From NCBI GenBank assembly GCA_016871755.1, contig VHCJ01000003.1:94053-158052 (forward strand): a stretch of 64,000 nucleotides of DNA. Direction: 5' to 3'. A program made the position numbers and the translations under genes. Origin of the DNA: Verrucomicrobiota bacterium. GTDB taxonomy: Bacteria; Verrucomicrobiota; Verrucomicrobiia; Opitutales; Opitutaceae. Under the pieces are notes generated by a model that had not been told where the DNA came from, did no database searches, and saw only the letters and a list, made by a program, of their open reading frames with translations. This document shows, one piece after another, positions 27,167 through 38,512 of this stretch (position 1 is the stretch's first letter; each line of letters starts with the position of its first letter).

Positions 27167-27417
27167 AAAGTGAAATCCTTGGGATGGTCCGCGGTGGCTC
27201 CGGCACCCTTTCGGGACCGAAGCCGCTACCGTTGTGCAAGCGGATCAAGGAACAAGACGATGACGGTACGCCGCCCCGCTGGATTTGCAAGCGTGGTGCC
27301 GGCGGGTACGCCACGATGGTCCGGCAAGCCGCCGGGCTTGCAGCGCGGCATCAGGCGTCCGGCGTCAGGCGTCAGACGTGCCGCCACGCCTGATGGCCGG
27401 GCGAGGCGCCTCAGGTC

Positions 27418-27876
27418 TCAGCGTTGGCTTCGGCCGCGGTACGCGGCGAGCACGGGGTAGTCGGCGGGCGCGAGGGCGTAGGCGTCGAGCGCCTCCGGCC
27501 GGACCCAGGCGAGCGCGGCGTGCTCGACGGCGATGGGCTCGGGGCTGCCGGGGGCGAGCATGGCGACGAAGCCGTGGAGCCGGACCGTGATCTTCGGATA
27601 GGCGTGGAGCGCCGGGGGCAGGGCGTCGCCGAGGACGATGTCGCAGCGAAGTTCCTCGCGGATCTCCCGCCGGAGCGCGTCACCCGCCGGCTCGCCTGCT
27701 TCGATCTTTCCGCCGGGAAATTCCCAGAGCAGTCCGAGGTGCTTGTGCGCCGGGCGCTGCGCGATCAGCACGCAGCCGTCGCGCTCGATCAGGGCGCAGA
27801 CGACGTCGAGCGGAGCGGGCGAGGGCGGAGACGAGGGCACGCGGGAGTGATGCCAGCACTCCGCCCCCCGCGGCAA
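27418..27876 (-). CDS. NUDIX hydrolase, MutT (8-oxo-dGTP diphosphatase)-like
   Basis: 152-aa ORF with the Nudix box GGKIEAGEPAGDALRREIREELRCDI, preceded by LWEFPGG as in MutT. Confidence 0.8.
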   Translation of the reverse strand: MPRGAECWHHSRVPSSPPSPAPLDVVCALIERDGCVLIAQRPAHKHLGLLWEFPGGKIEAGEPAGDALRREIREELRCDIVLGDALPPALHAYPKITVRLHGFVAMLAPGSPEPIAVEHAALAWVRPEALDAYALAPADYPVLAAYRGRSQR

Positions 27877-28109
27877 GCCCGAGCCCGGCCGGAGCCATCG
27901 ATCGGCGCTGATCGCCGGTGCGGGCCGAGCCGCCGCGGGGCTCGGTCCGGGCGTGCGCCGCCCGCGCGGCGGGCGACGTCGATCGATCGGCGTGCGCGCG
28001 CCGGCGTCGCACGCTCCGCGACGCAGCCGACTCCGCGCCCGAGCCCGGTCGGAGGCGGGGCTTGCCGCGGGCCAGTGCCTGCGCCTATCTCCGGGCTCCT
28101 TCTTGCCGC

Positions 28110-28802
28110 ATGCACATCCCGGGAACCACTCTCGCCAGCGTCAGCCTCTCCGGACGCTCGGAGGGTGCGGTCAAGGCGCTGCGGGGATTTCGCAAGGATC
28201 GCCACCATGTGCCGGATGCCGCCAACGCCACGACACAGGCGTTCCTCGGCAAGCTGTGCGACGAGGAGTTGCGCGAGGAGGCGGAGGCGCTGTTCCAAAA
28301 GACCCGGGACGCGCTGGCGTACAAGCGGAAGGATCTCGCGCTCGATCTGGGCGCCGGCAGCGCCGTCCTCACGGTGCGCGATTTCACCGTCGAATTCACC
28401 TACACGTTGCTGGAGTCCGACCCGTCGCGCTACGCCATGGAGCGAACCCTGCACAGCCTGCGGGATGCCGCGCTCATCGATCAGCCGGAGGTCAACGGGT
28501 TGTTTTCCGGCTGGTTCACTGCGCTGGTGTTCACGTTGTCCCGCGGGGTCGCCGTGGAGGCGGTGATTGATGCCATCGAAGGATTGCCGGAGGACGTGGC
28601 GTTGCGGGTGACATACCCGTCGGACTGCCGCGAGTGCGTGCTCTCGGTGCCCGGGGTGGAGGCGGTGGTGCGCTGCTCCGGGGCGACCTTGGCGGTGGAG
28701 TTCCCGCGGGCGGGATCCCCCCGCGAATTGCTGGAGGCGTTTGCCCAGGTGCGGGAGGCTTTTGTCCTGACCCGCGACGCCACGCTGGCGGGATTGCTGT
28801 AG
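28110..28802 (+). CDS. hypothetical protein (no family recognised)
   Basis: ORF 27918..28802 trimmed to the ATG at 28110 (MHIPGTTLASVSLSG...). From about residue 40 onward the composition is protein-like rather than Arg/Pro-rich. It is divergent from the NUDIX gene. Confidence 0.45.
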   Translation: MHIPGTTLASVSLSGRSEGAVKALRGFRKDRHHVPDAANATTQAFLGKLCDEELREEAEALFQKTRDALAYKRKDLALDLGAGSAVLTVRDFTVEFTYTLLESDPSRYAMERTLHSLRDAALIDQPEVNGLFSGWFTALVFTLSRGVAVEAVIDAIEGLPEDVALRVTYPSDCRECVLSVPGVEAVVRCSGATLAVEFPRAGSPRELLEAFAQVREAFVLTRDATLAGLL

Positions 28803-28963
28803 CGTCGGGAGTGGCGGGGCTACGGAGGGTGATGTCGCCCGAATGGCGACGCCATGGCAGCGGTGGCGGCGGGGGCGGCGATCGCGCGACCGTCCGGGCC
28901 TGACATCGGGCCCTGCAGGCCGGGCTTGCCCGGCACGCGGCGGATGGCTGGACTCGCGGCTTC

Positions 28964-30109
28964 ATGATTCTTCCGGGCAGTACTTTGGGCGTGTTGGGAG
29001 GCGGTCAATTGGGCCGCATGTTCGGTCAGGCGGCGCAGTCCCTCGGGTACCGCGTCCACGTCTACGAACCGGCGGCGGACTGTCCGGCGAGCGCGGTGGC
29101 GAACCGCACCTTCACCGCGCCCTACGAGGATGCGGAGCAATTGGCCGCGTTTGCGCGCAGCTGTGCGGTGGTCACCTACGAGTTCGAGAACATTCCCGTC
29201 GCCCCGCTGCAGGCGATCGCCGGGCTGACCCAGCTCCACCCGCGTCCGGAGGTCCTCGAAATCTGCCAAAACCGCCTGCGCGAGAAGCGCTGGCTCAAGC
29301 GCGAGGGCTTTCCGCATGTGCCGTTTGCGGAGGTCGAGGCCGCTGGCGATCTGGCCGCCGCCACTCGCTTGGTCGGCATGCCGTGCGTGGTGAAGACGGC
29401 GGACTTCGGCTACGATGGCAAGGGTCAGCAGAAGGTGACGGACGAGACGACGCTGGCGGCGGCGGTGCGGGCGTTCGCCGGGGCGCGGGCGGTGGTGGAG
29501 CGCTACGTGGACTTTTCGTGTGAACTCTCGGTGATCGTTGCGCGTTCCGCGACGGGTGAGACTCGCGCGTTCCCGGTCGCGGAGAACATCCACACCCGGC
29601 ACATCCTCGACCTCAGCCTCGTCCCGGCGCGAGTCACCGAGGCGGTGGCGCGAGAAGCCGTGACGCTGGCGACGGCGATCGCGGAGCGGCTGGGGTTGGT
29701 TGGCTTGCTCGCGGTGGAGCTTTTCCTCGGACGGCAGGGTCAGCTGCAGGTCAATGAGCTTGCGCCGCGTCCGCACAACAGCGGCCACTGGTCGATCGAT
29801 GGAGCGCGTACGAGCCAATTTGAGCAGCACGTGCGCGCGGTCTGTGGCCTGCCCCTCGGCGACCCCGGCGTGCGGGAACCGTCGGTGATGGTGAATCTCC
29901 TCGGCGACGTCTGGCGCGATCCCGCGGGTCCGGCTCCGCAGGCGCCGGACTGGTCCGTAATCCTGCGCGAACCGCGGGCGAAGCTGCACCTTTACGGCAA
30001 GGCCAGCGCGCGCATTGGCCGCAAGATGGGTCACTTCACGGTCGTGGGTCCCACGCTGGAAGCGGCGCTCGGCGAAGCCCGCGCGATCAAGGCCCGGCTC
30101 GACGCCTGA
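28964..30109 (+). CDS. purK: N5-carboxyaminoimidazole ribonucleotide synthase
   Basis: 381-aa ORF. LGVLGGGQLGRMFGQAAQSLGY is the N-terminus, followed by an ATP-grasp core (MPCVVKTADFGYDGKGQ) and a PurK-like C-terminus (KLHLYGKASARIGRKMGHFT). Confidence 0.9.
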   Translation: MILPGSTLGVLGGGQLGRMFGQAAQSLGYRVHVYEPAADCPASAVANRTFTAPYEDAEQLAAFARSCAVVTYEFENIPVAPLQAIAGLTQLHPRPEVLEICQNRLREKRWLKREGFPHVPFAEVEAAGDLAAATRLVGMPCVVKTADFGYDGKGQQKVTDETTLAAAVRAFAGARAVVERYVDFSCELSVIVARSATGETRAFPVAENIHTRHILDLSLVPARVTEAVAREAVTLATAIAERLGLVGLLAVELFLGRQGQLQVNELAPRPHNSGHWSIDGARTSQFEQHVRAVCGLPLGDPGVREPSVMVNLLGDVWRDPAGPAPQAPDWSVILREPRAKLHLYGKASARIGRKMGHFTVVGPTLEAALGEARAIKARLDA

Positions 30110-30275
30110 GACCGGGCGCGGGGGGGCCGCGAGGGGATGCGGTCCGCCCACGCATTCAGTGCGGGATTTGAACCGCACGCGCGAGATGGCGGCTCACGGC
30201 AGCCGCGCGCCGACGCGGAGTGAGGTGCCGCAGCCTTGGGCGCTGATCCGAACTCGGATCGTCGCGCGGACTCGC

Positions 30276-31421
30276 TCAGTCGGCCAGGGCAGCTTCGAGA
30301 TCGGCGATCAAATCGCCGGCGTCCTCGAGGCCGGTGGACAGCCGGAGCAGGTCGGGTGGCGTCGGGCTGGTGGGGCCCTCGAGGCTGGCGCGGTGTTCGA
30401 TCAGGCTTTCCACGCCGCCGAGCGATGTCGCGCGTTTCCAGAGGCGCAAGCGGGAGAGGGTGCGCAGCGCGCCCTCGGCGCCGCCGGCGACGCGGAGGGC
30501 GAGCATGCCGCCGAAGCCGCCGGACATCTGCCGGGCGGCGACTGCATGGCCCGGAAAGCCTTCAAGGCCGGGGTAGAGGACGGCAACGATGCGGGGATGC
30601 GCCTCGAAGTGGCGCGCCAGCGCGAGCGCGGTGCGGCACTGGGCCGCGACGCGCACGTGCAGGGTGCGCAGTCCGCGCGCGAGCAGCCACGCTTCGAAGG
30701 GACCGAGCACGGCGCCGCCCTGGGAGCGGATGCGCAGGATGCGTTGCCAGAAGGCGTCGTTGGACCGCGTGGTGAGCGTGCCCGCGATGACATCGGAGTG
30801 TCCGTTCAGGTACTTGGTCGCCGAATGCATCACGAGGTCGGCGCCGAGCGCGAGCGGCTGGCTGAGGAGCGGCGTGGCGAACGTGGAGTCGACCGCGAAC
30901 CGGGCTCCGGCCTTCCGGGCGAGTTCGGCGACGGCGGCGAGGTCGGTGACCGCGAGCGTCGGATTCGCCGGCGTCTCGGTCCAGACGAGCGCCGTTTCGC
31001 CGGGGCGGAGGGCTGCGGCGACGCACTCCGGTCGGGTCTGATCGACGGCTTCGATCCGCAGACCCCAGTCGGAGGCCCAGCCGAGGAGCCAATTGCGCAG
31101 CGCCCAGTAAAGCTGCTGGGGCACGATCACGTGATCGCCCGGCTTCAGGGCCTGAAACACCGTGGTGGCGGCGGTCATGCCGGAACTGAAGACGGCGGAC
31201 GCGGCCCCGCCCTCGAGGCGCGTCAGGAGGGCCTCGACGACATCGTAGCCCGGGTTGTCGGGGCGCGAGTAGAGTCGCCCGGCGACGAGCTGATTATCCG
31301 GCCGCCGTTCGTACGTCGTCGAAGGCTGGATCGGCGGCACGAGACCGCCCGAAGTGGGATCGCCGAAACCGAGGGCCTGCGCGAGATCGGTGGCGGGGCG
31401 GTGAGGGGGCAGCGGTTGCAT
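30276..31421 (-). CDS. Cys/Met-metabolism PLP-dependent enzyme (cystathionine gamma-synthase / beta-lyase family)
   Basis: ORF 30276..31637 trimmed to the ATG at 31421 (MQPLPPHRP...). It has the PLP-lysine block HSATKYLNGHSDVIAG and the typical C-terminus SLGGVESLIEHRA. Confidence 0.85.
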   Translation of the reverse strand: MQPLPPHRPATDLAQALGFGDPTSGGLVPPIQPSTTYERRPDNQLVAGRLYSRPDNPGYDVVEALLTRLEGGAASAVFSSGMTAATTVFQALKPGDHVIVPQQLYWALRNWLLGWASDWGLRIEAVDQTRPECVAAALRPGETALVWTETPANPTLAVTDLAAVAELARKAGARFAVDSTFATPLLSQPLALGADLVMHSATKYLNGHSDVIAGTLTTRSNDAFWQRILRIRSQGGAVLGPFEAWLLARGLRTLHVRVAAQCRTALALARHFEAHPRIVAVLYPGLEGFPGHAVAARQMSGGFGGMLALRVAGGAEGALRTLSRLRLWKRATSLGGVESLIEHRASLEGPTSPTPPDLLRLSTGLEDAGDLIADLEAALAD

Positions 31422-31489
31422 CGGCGGAGCGGTGGTGCGGGAAAAGAGGAGGCGGTGAACGCGGAGGGGGGAACGGGGACGGCCGAGCG

Positions 31490-31990
31490 TTAGCCAGTCG
31501 GCGCGGAGCCGATCTCCGGGGCGGAAGCGGCGAGGTGCCGGTGTTCGACCAGCGTGCAGCGGTCCATCACGACGGGGAGTCCGGCGCGTCGGGCGATCGC
31601 GGCGGCCTCGTCGCTCACGATACCCGCCTGCAGCCACAACCCGCGGGCGCGGATGGCGACGGCTTGTTCGGCGATCGCCGGGCAGTCGGCGGCCGGACGG
31701 AACACGTCAATCAGGTCGATAGGCTCGGGCACTGAGCGGAGATTCGGGTAGGCCTTCTCGCCGAGGACCTCGGTGAGGCGCGGGTTGACCGGGATGATGC
31801 GGTAGCCCTGGTCCTGCAGGTAGCGGGCGACCTGCCAACTCGGCTTCTCGGGGTCGCCGGACAGGCCGACCACGGCGATCGTCCGGGACTGCCGCAGCAG
31901 ACGGCGGACGATGGCCGGATCGGCGGAAGCGGCGGGGGCCGGGCTGGCGGGGAGGTCGGAGCCGGGGTCGGGTGACGGTGACGCGGACAT
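31490..31990 (-). CDS. CoA-binding domain protein (YccU/YneT-like)
   Basis: ORF 31490..32083 trimmed to the ATG at 31990. TIAVVGLSGDPEKPSWQVARYLQDQGYRIIPVNP and DLIDVFRP are CoA_binding_2 blocks. Confidence 0.8.
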   Translation of the reverse strand: MSASPSPDPGSDLPASPAPAASADPAIVRRLLRQSRTIAVVGLSGDPEKPSWQVARYLQDQGYRIIPVNPRLTEVLGEKAYPNLRSVPEPIDLIDVFRPAADCPAIAEQAVAIRARGLWLQAGIVSDEAAAIARRAGLPVVMDRCTLVEHRHLAASAPEIGSAPTG

Positions 31991-32081
31991 GGGCTGGCTC
32001 GGGTGGGTAGGACTCCGGTGGGGAGGGTGAGGCGAGCAGAAGGCAGGCGTGGCCCGGACGCAATCCGCAGGCGTGGGGCGC

Positions 32082-32112
32082 AAAAAAACGCCGCTCCGGG
32101 AAGGGGCGGCGT
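32082..32112 (-). terminator. rho-independent terminator of rpsR
   Basis: The minus strand reads ACGCCGCCCCTTCCCGGAGCGGCGT followed by TTTTTTTG. This is a 7-bp GC stem with extra inner pairs plus a 7-T run, 42 nt after the rpsR stop. Confidence 0.7.
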
Positions 32113-32153
32113 GAAAAGAGGGGAGGACGCCGGGGCTGCCGGCGACCGACCGC

Positions 32154-32348
32154 TTACTGCGCGAGCAGGTTGTTGCGCGAGTGCTTGATCGTGCGGGTGA
32201 CCGCGCGCTGGTGCTTGGCCGAGAGGCCGGTGTACTTGCGCGGGAGGATCTTGCCCGTATCGGTGACGTAGCGGACCATCGCCTGCGGAGTCGTGAACGG
32301 GATCTCCGAGGGGGTTAGGCTGCGCTGGGTCGGTTCGGTGGTGCTCAT
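32154..32348 (-). CDS. rpsR: 30S ribosomal protein S18 (short, Cys-free form)
   Basis: 64-aa ORF. VRYVTDTGKILPRKYTGLSAKHQRAVTRTIKHSRNNLL matches the S18 core (GKI-PrR-TG--AK-QR-l--AIK-AR). Confidence 0.8.
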   Translation of the reverse strand: MSTTEPTQRSLTPSEIPFTTPQAMVRYVTDTGKILPRKYTGLSAKHQRAVTRTIKHSRNNLLAQ

Positions 32349-32358
32349 GGAAACAGAA

Positions 32359-32408
32359 GGGTCAGCAAAACCCGGCGCGGACGGGGTGTCAACCGGGTTT
32401 TCTGACCC
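32359..32408. promoter_or_regulatory. long imperfect inverted repeat in the rpsR/parE divergent intergenic region
   Basis: GGGTCAGCAAAACCCGG (32359-32375) and CCGGGTTTTCTGACCC (32393-32408) are complementary apart from one bulge, with a 17-nt loop. A second small hairpin, CCCCGG-AAT-CCGGGG, sits at 32424-32438. Confidence 0.35.
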
Positions 32409-32515
32409 CTTTCGCCCGGATCTCCCCGGAATCCGGGGTTTGGCCTAGATCGTAAAAATGCGGCTTGCGCCCAACGCGACGGGGCAAAGGGTAGCGCGAC
32501 GGTTCGATCCCCTCC

Positions 32516-34357
32516 ATGGCCAACGCGTACACCGAAGCGAGCATCAAGACCCTTTCCCCGCTGGAGCACATCCGCCTGCGCCCGGGCATGTACATCGGTC
32601 GCCTGGGCAGCGGAGCGCATGCCGAGGACGGCATCTACGTCCTGCTCAAGGAGACCATTGATAACTCGATCGACGAGTTCACGATGGGCTTCGGCAAGAA
32701 GATCGAAATCGAATTGCAGGAACGGAGCCTCCGCGTGCGCGACTACGGTCGCGGCATCCCGCTCGGCAAGCTGATCGACTGCGTCTCGATCATCAACACG
32801 GGTGCCAAGTACGACAGCGAGACCTTTCAGAAGGCGGTCGGCCTGAACGGCGTCGGCCAGAAGGCCGTGAATGCGCTTTCCAGTTCGTATCGCGCGCAGG
32901 CCGTGCGCGAAGGCGAGACGAAGGTCGTGGAATTCCAGCAGGGGCGCTTGAAGAAGGACCACAAGGTCGCGCGCACCGACGAGCGCAACGGCACGATCGT
33001 GGACTTCACGCCGGACGAGGCGCTGTTCGGCAAGGATTTCAAGTTCCGCCCGGAGTTCATCGAGGAGATGCTCTGGAACTACGCGTTCCTCAACCGCGGC
33101 CTCACGCTCACGCTCAACGGCAAGGCCTTCCGTTCGGAGAACGGCCTGAAGGACCTGCTCGTGCGCAAGCTGACCGGGGAGACCCTGTACCCGATCGTGC
33201 ACATCGAGGCGGATGACATCGAGGTGGCGATGACGCACGGCGCGCACTATGGCGAGGAGTACTATTCGTTCGTGAACGGCCAGCACACCACGATGGGCGG
33301 CACGCATCTGGCGGCCTTCCGCGAGGGCTTGGTCCAGACGGTACGCAACTTCTTCAAGCGCGACTACGACGCGGCGGACATCCGGCAGTCGATCGTCGCC
33401 GCGGTGAGCGTGCGCGTGATCGAGCCGGTGTTCGAGTCCCAGACGAAGACCAAGCTCGGCTCGAACGACATCGGTCCGAAGGGACCCTCGATCCGCCAGT
33501 TCATTGGCAACTTCCTCCAGCAGCAGCTCGACAACTGGCTGCACCGCAACCCGGAGGCGGCCGAAGCGCTGAAGCGCAAGATTGAGGACAGTGAGCGCGA
33601 GCGGAAGGAACTCTCCGGCATCCGCAACCTCGCCCGCGAGCGCGCCAAGAAGGCGTCGCTCCACAATCGCAAGCTGCGCGACTGCCGCGTGCACCTCGAC
33701 TCCAAGGACAAGCGCGCGGAGGAGAGCACGCTGTTCATCGTCGAGGGCGACAGCGCCGCCGGCTCGCTCACCGCCTGCCGCGACGTGCAGACCCAGGCGG
33801 TCTTCGCCCTGAAGGGCAAGCCGCTCAATACCTTCGGCCTGACCAAGAAGGTCATCTACGAGAACGAGGAATTCCACCTGCTGCACTGCGCGCTGAACAT
33901 CGAGGAGAGCCTCGACAACCTGCGCTACAACCGCGTGGTCATCGCGACCGATGCCGACGTCGACGGCATGCACATCCGCCTGCTGCTGCTGTCGTTCTTC
34001 CTCCAGTTCTTCCCCGAGCTCATCACGCAGGGACACTTGTTCATCCTCTCGACGCCGTTGTTCCGCGTCCGGACGAAGAAGGAGACGCGGTACTGCTACT
34101 CGGAGGCCGAGAAGCAGTCCGCCCTGCACCGGCTCGGTCAATCCGCGGAGATCACCCGCTTCAAGGGTCTCGGCGAAGTGTCGCCCTCCGAGTTCAAGGA
34201 CTTCATCGGCGAGGGCATGCGGGCGGAGCCCGTCAGCCTCGCCCACCTGCACAACAGCAACCAGCTGCTCACGTTCTTCATGGGGAAGAACACGCCGGAG
34301 CGACAGGACTTCATCATCGAGAACCTCAAGGTGGAGAAGGACCTCGTCGAGGTCTGA
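32516..34357 (+). CDS. parE: type IIA DNA topoisomerase subunit B (short ParE/topo IV-like form)
   Basis: 613-aa ORF. It has [13 protein letters not shown], a GHKL ATPase N-terminus, Toprim [18 protein letters not shown] and [14 protein letters not shown]. It lacks the long GyrB insertion. Confidence 0.75.
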   Translation: MANAYTEASIKTLSPLEHIRLRPGMYIGRLGSGAHAEDGIYVLLKETIDNSIDEFTMGFGKKIEIELQERSLRVRDYGRGIPLGKLIDCVSIINTGAKYDSETFQKAVGLNGVGQKAVNALSSSYRAQAVREGETKVVEFQQGRLKKDHKVARTDERNGTIVDFTPDEALFGKDFKFRPEFIEEMLWNYAFLNRGLTLTLNGKAFRSENGLKDLLVRKLTGETLYPIVHIEADDIEVAMTHGAHYGEEYYSFVNGQHTTMGGTHLAAFREGLVQTVRNFFKRDYDAADIRQSIVAAVSVRVIEPVFESQTKTKLGSNDIGPKGPSIRQFIGNFLQQQLDNWLHRNPEAAEALKRKIEDSERERKELSGIRNLARERAKKASLHNRKLRDCRVHLDSKDKRAEESTLFIVEGDSAAGSLTACRDVQTQAVFALKGKPLNTFGLTKKVIYENEEFHLLHCALNIEESLDNLRYNRVVIATDADVDGMHIRLLLLSFFLQFFPELITQGHLFILSTPLFRVRTKKETRYCYSEAEKQSALHRLGQSAEITRFKGLGEVSPSEFKDFIGEGMRAEPVSLAHLHNSNQLLTFFMGKNTPERQDFIIENLKVEKDLVEV

Positions 34358-34439
34358 GCGGCATCGCCCGAAGCCCATCCGCCGACCTCCGCCCGCCGTT
34401 CACGCCGCTCCCGTTTCGCGACCTTTTCCGCTACCCGGC

Positions 34440-36548
<2,109 letters not shown>

Positions 36549-38512
36549 GTCGCCGCGCCGCGCGATCTGGCACCGGCCGCGCCGTGTTGGTCGGCGCACG
36601 GCCGAGTGGTTCCGTCTCTCCTCGATCCCGGCTGCGGCGGCCGGGGCCGACCGGCGCCGTTGGGAGTGCGGGGGCGGACCGCGGCAATGCGCAGTGAGAC
36701 GCGGGGAGGCGCGGGAGACGGTTCCGCGCCGTCGGGTGTCGCGGCGGGCGCGGTCGGCGGAGCTTCCTGCCAGAAGTAGTGACCCGGCGCATCTGGTCGA
36801 CCCGGATGAGGACGGCGGCGACGAGGAGCACGAAGACGACGAGGATGAACGTGCGGCGGCGGGCGGCGGCGGCGCGGTCGACGTACGGATCGTCCAAGCG
36901 CCGCACCGTGCCGGGGGGCAGGCTGGCGCGCTGGGTGAGACGACTCCCGAGGGGCAGGTTGATCCGGACGCGCCCGTTGATTGCCCAGCCGTTGCCCTCG
37001 AGGATCGGTCCCAGGGTGCGCTGGCGGATCTTCAGCCACGCGATGAGCATCGACGGGCCGGAGATCGCGGCGATCAACCCCGCCAGAACCAATGGGTACT
37101 GCCACGGCTTCATGCCGAAGAGGTAGCCGAGGATGAGGGTGATGACGCTGACGGCGCCGGTGACGGCGACGCCGATGGCGGCGACAGCGCCCGCATCGAC
37201 CTTGCGCGGCGCCTCGGGGGCGCGCTGCTTGTCGAGGTTCGCGGTGGCCTCGGCCGCGCCGGCGAGGCGGTTCTGGGAGGCGGCGTCGGCGGCGGCCGCG
37301 CGGCGCGCGACCTGCTCCTCGATCAGGCGCACCAGCTTCTTGTAAGGGGCGGAAAAGGCCTGCCGGATGCTGATCGGATTGTCGACGATGCTCGTGATCG
37401 TCGCGTCCCAGTCCCGTCCCTGCCGATCGATGAACACGCCGTTGCGGCCGACGAAGAGGTAGTCGCTGTCGCCCTGCGTGAAGCAGGCGGCGATCTTCGC
37501 TGGCGGGGAACCGGCGCGGCGGAGGTCGCAGTAGGCGATGTAGGCCTTGCTCATGGCGGCGAGCGGAGTGGCGCCTTCCACGTAGATGCAGAACTGCGTG
37601 CTGCGAGTGTCGAGGTAGAGAGTGCCCGCCTGGAAGATCGCAGGCCGGTCGGGCGCGTAGAAATCCTCGAAGTTGACGAAGTTCCGCAGCAGGGTGCCGA
37701 AGTCACGGGTCAGCCGGAGGAGCCGGCCGGCCTCGGGCAGCGCCGCGAAGTCGGCGAAAAAGGCATCGATCAACGCCGCGTCTACCCCCAGCTGGCCCGA
37801 ACGGTCCGGCGTTCCTCCGAGGCAGGCCACGGCGTCCGCGATCGCGGAGCGGAGGGTCGGGTCGTCGGTGCTGGCCGGGACGATGATGCCGTCGCCGTTG
37901 AAGGCTGAGGAGCGGAGCACCTCCGCGGAACGTTCCGCCTCCTCGAGGGAGAGGGACGAGGCGGAACTGCGTCCAAGCGCCGCGAGCAGCGACACGGCGG
38001 CGGCGAGCAAGGCGCGTCCCTCCTCCGTGTCCTGACGGAGCGCGTCGAGCGGAAGCGTGTCCCGGCCCGACAGCAGCAGGCCCACGTCCGTGACCCGCCG
38101 CTGGGTCCACTCGATCGCGGCGAGGAGGTCGGCGACGCGGATCCGGCCGTCGCCGTCCGCATCGAGCAACGAGAGGGTGGCTTCAGGCAATTCCAGCCCA
38201 CGGGTGGGGCAACTCAGGGCGACCCAGAGCTTCGGGTCGAGGTCCTTCAGGTGCTGCAAATCCGCGGCGGTGGTGAGGGTGGCTTGATCGAGACCGCCGA
38301 GGCGGCGGAAGGTCCAGGTGTGGGCGGGGGACGACATGGGAGCGCGTGGGGGAACGGCTACGTTCCAGCGAGGACTTTTTCCCCCTGGCAACTGCCGAAA
38401 CCGCAGGGCTTACCGTCGGGTCAGGTGCTCCGGGGAAAGCGCGGGCGGCCGACGTGCCGGCCACGTGACGAGGAGGTGGCGACCGCCTGGCGAGGCCGTG
38501 CCGCCTGCGTGG

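Noticed and set aside
26939-27460. ORFs 26939..27460 (+) and 26959..27168 (-) overlapping the tmRNA
   Set aside because: The region is fully explained by a tmRNA with an acceptor stem, G3-U wobble, T-arm, CCA end and tag frame. The ORF products are not protein-like.
30159-30178. tRNA T-arm-like hairpin (minus strand TGCGG-TTCAAAT-CCGCA) between purK and the PLP enzyme gene; considered as a tRNA or a tRNA-fragment att site
   Set aside because: The implied 3' acceptor strand (CTGAATG) has no complementary 5' strand at the expected distance. There is no CCA, and I could not build a D arm or a 7-nt anticodon loop. It may simply be a hairpin between convergent genes. tRNAscan or ARAGORN would settle it.
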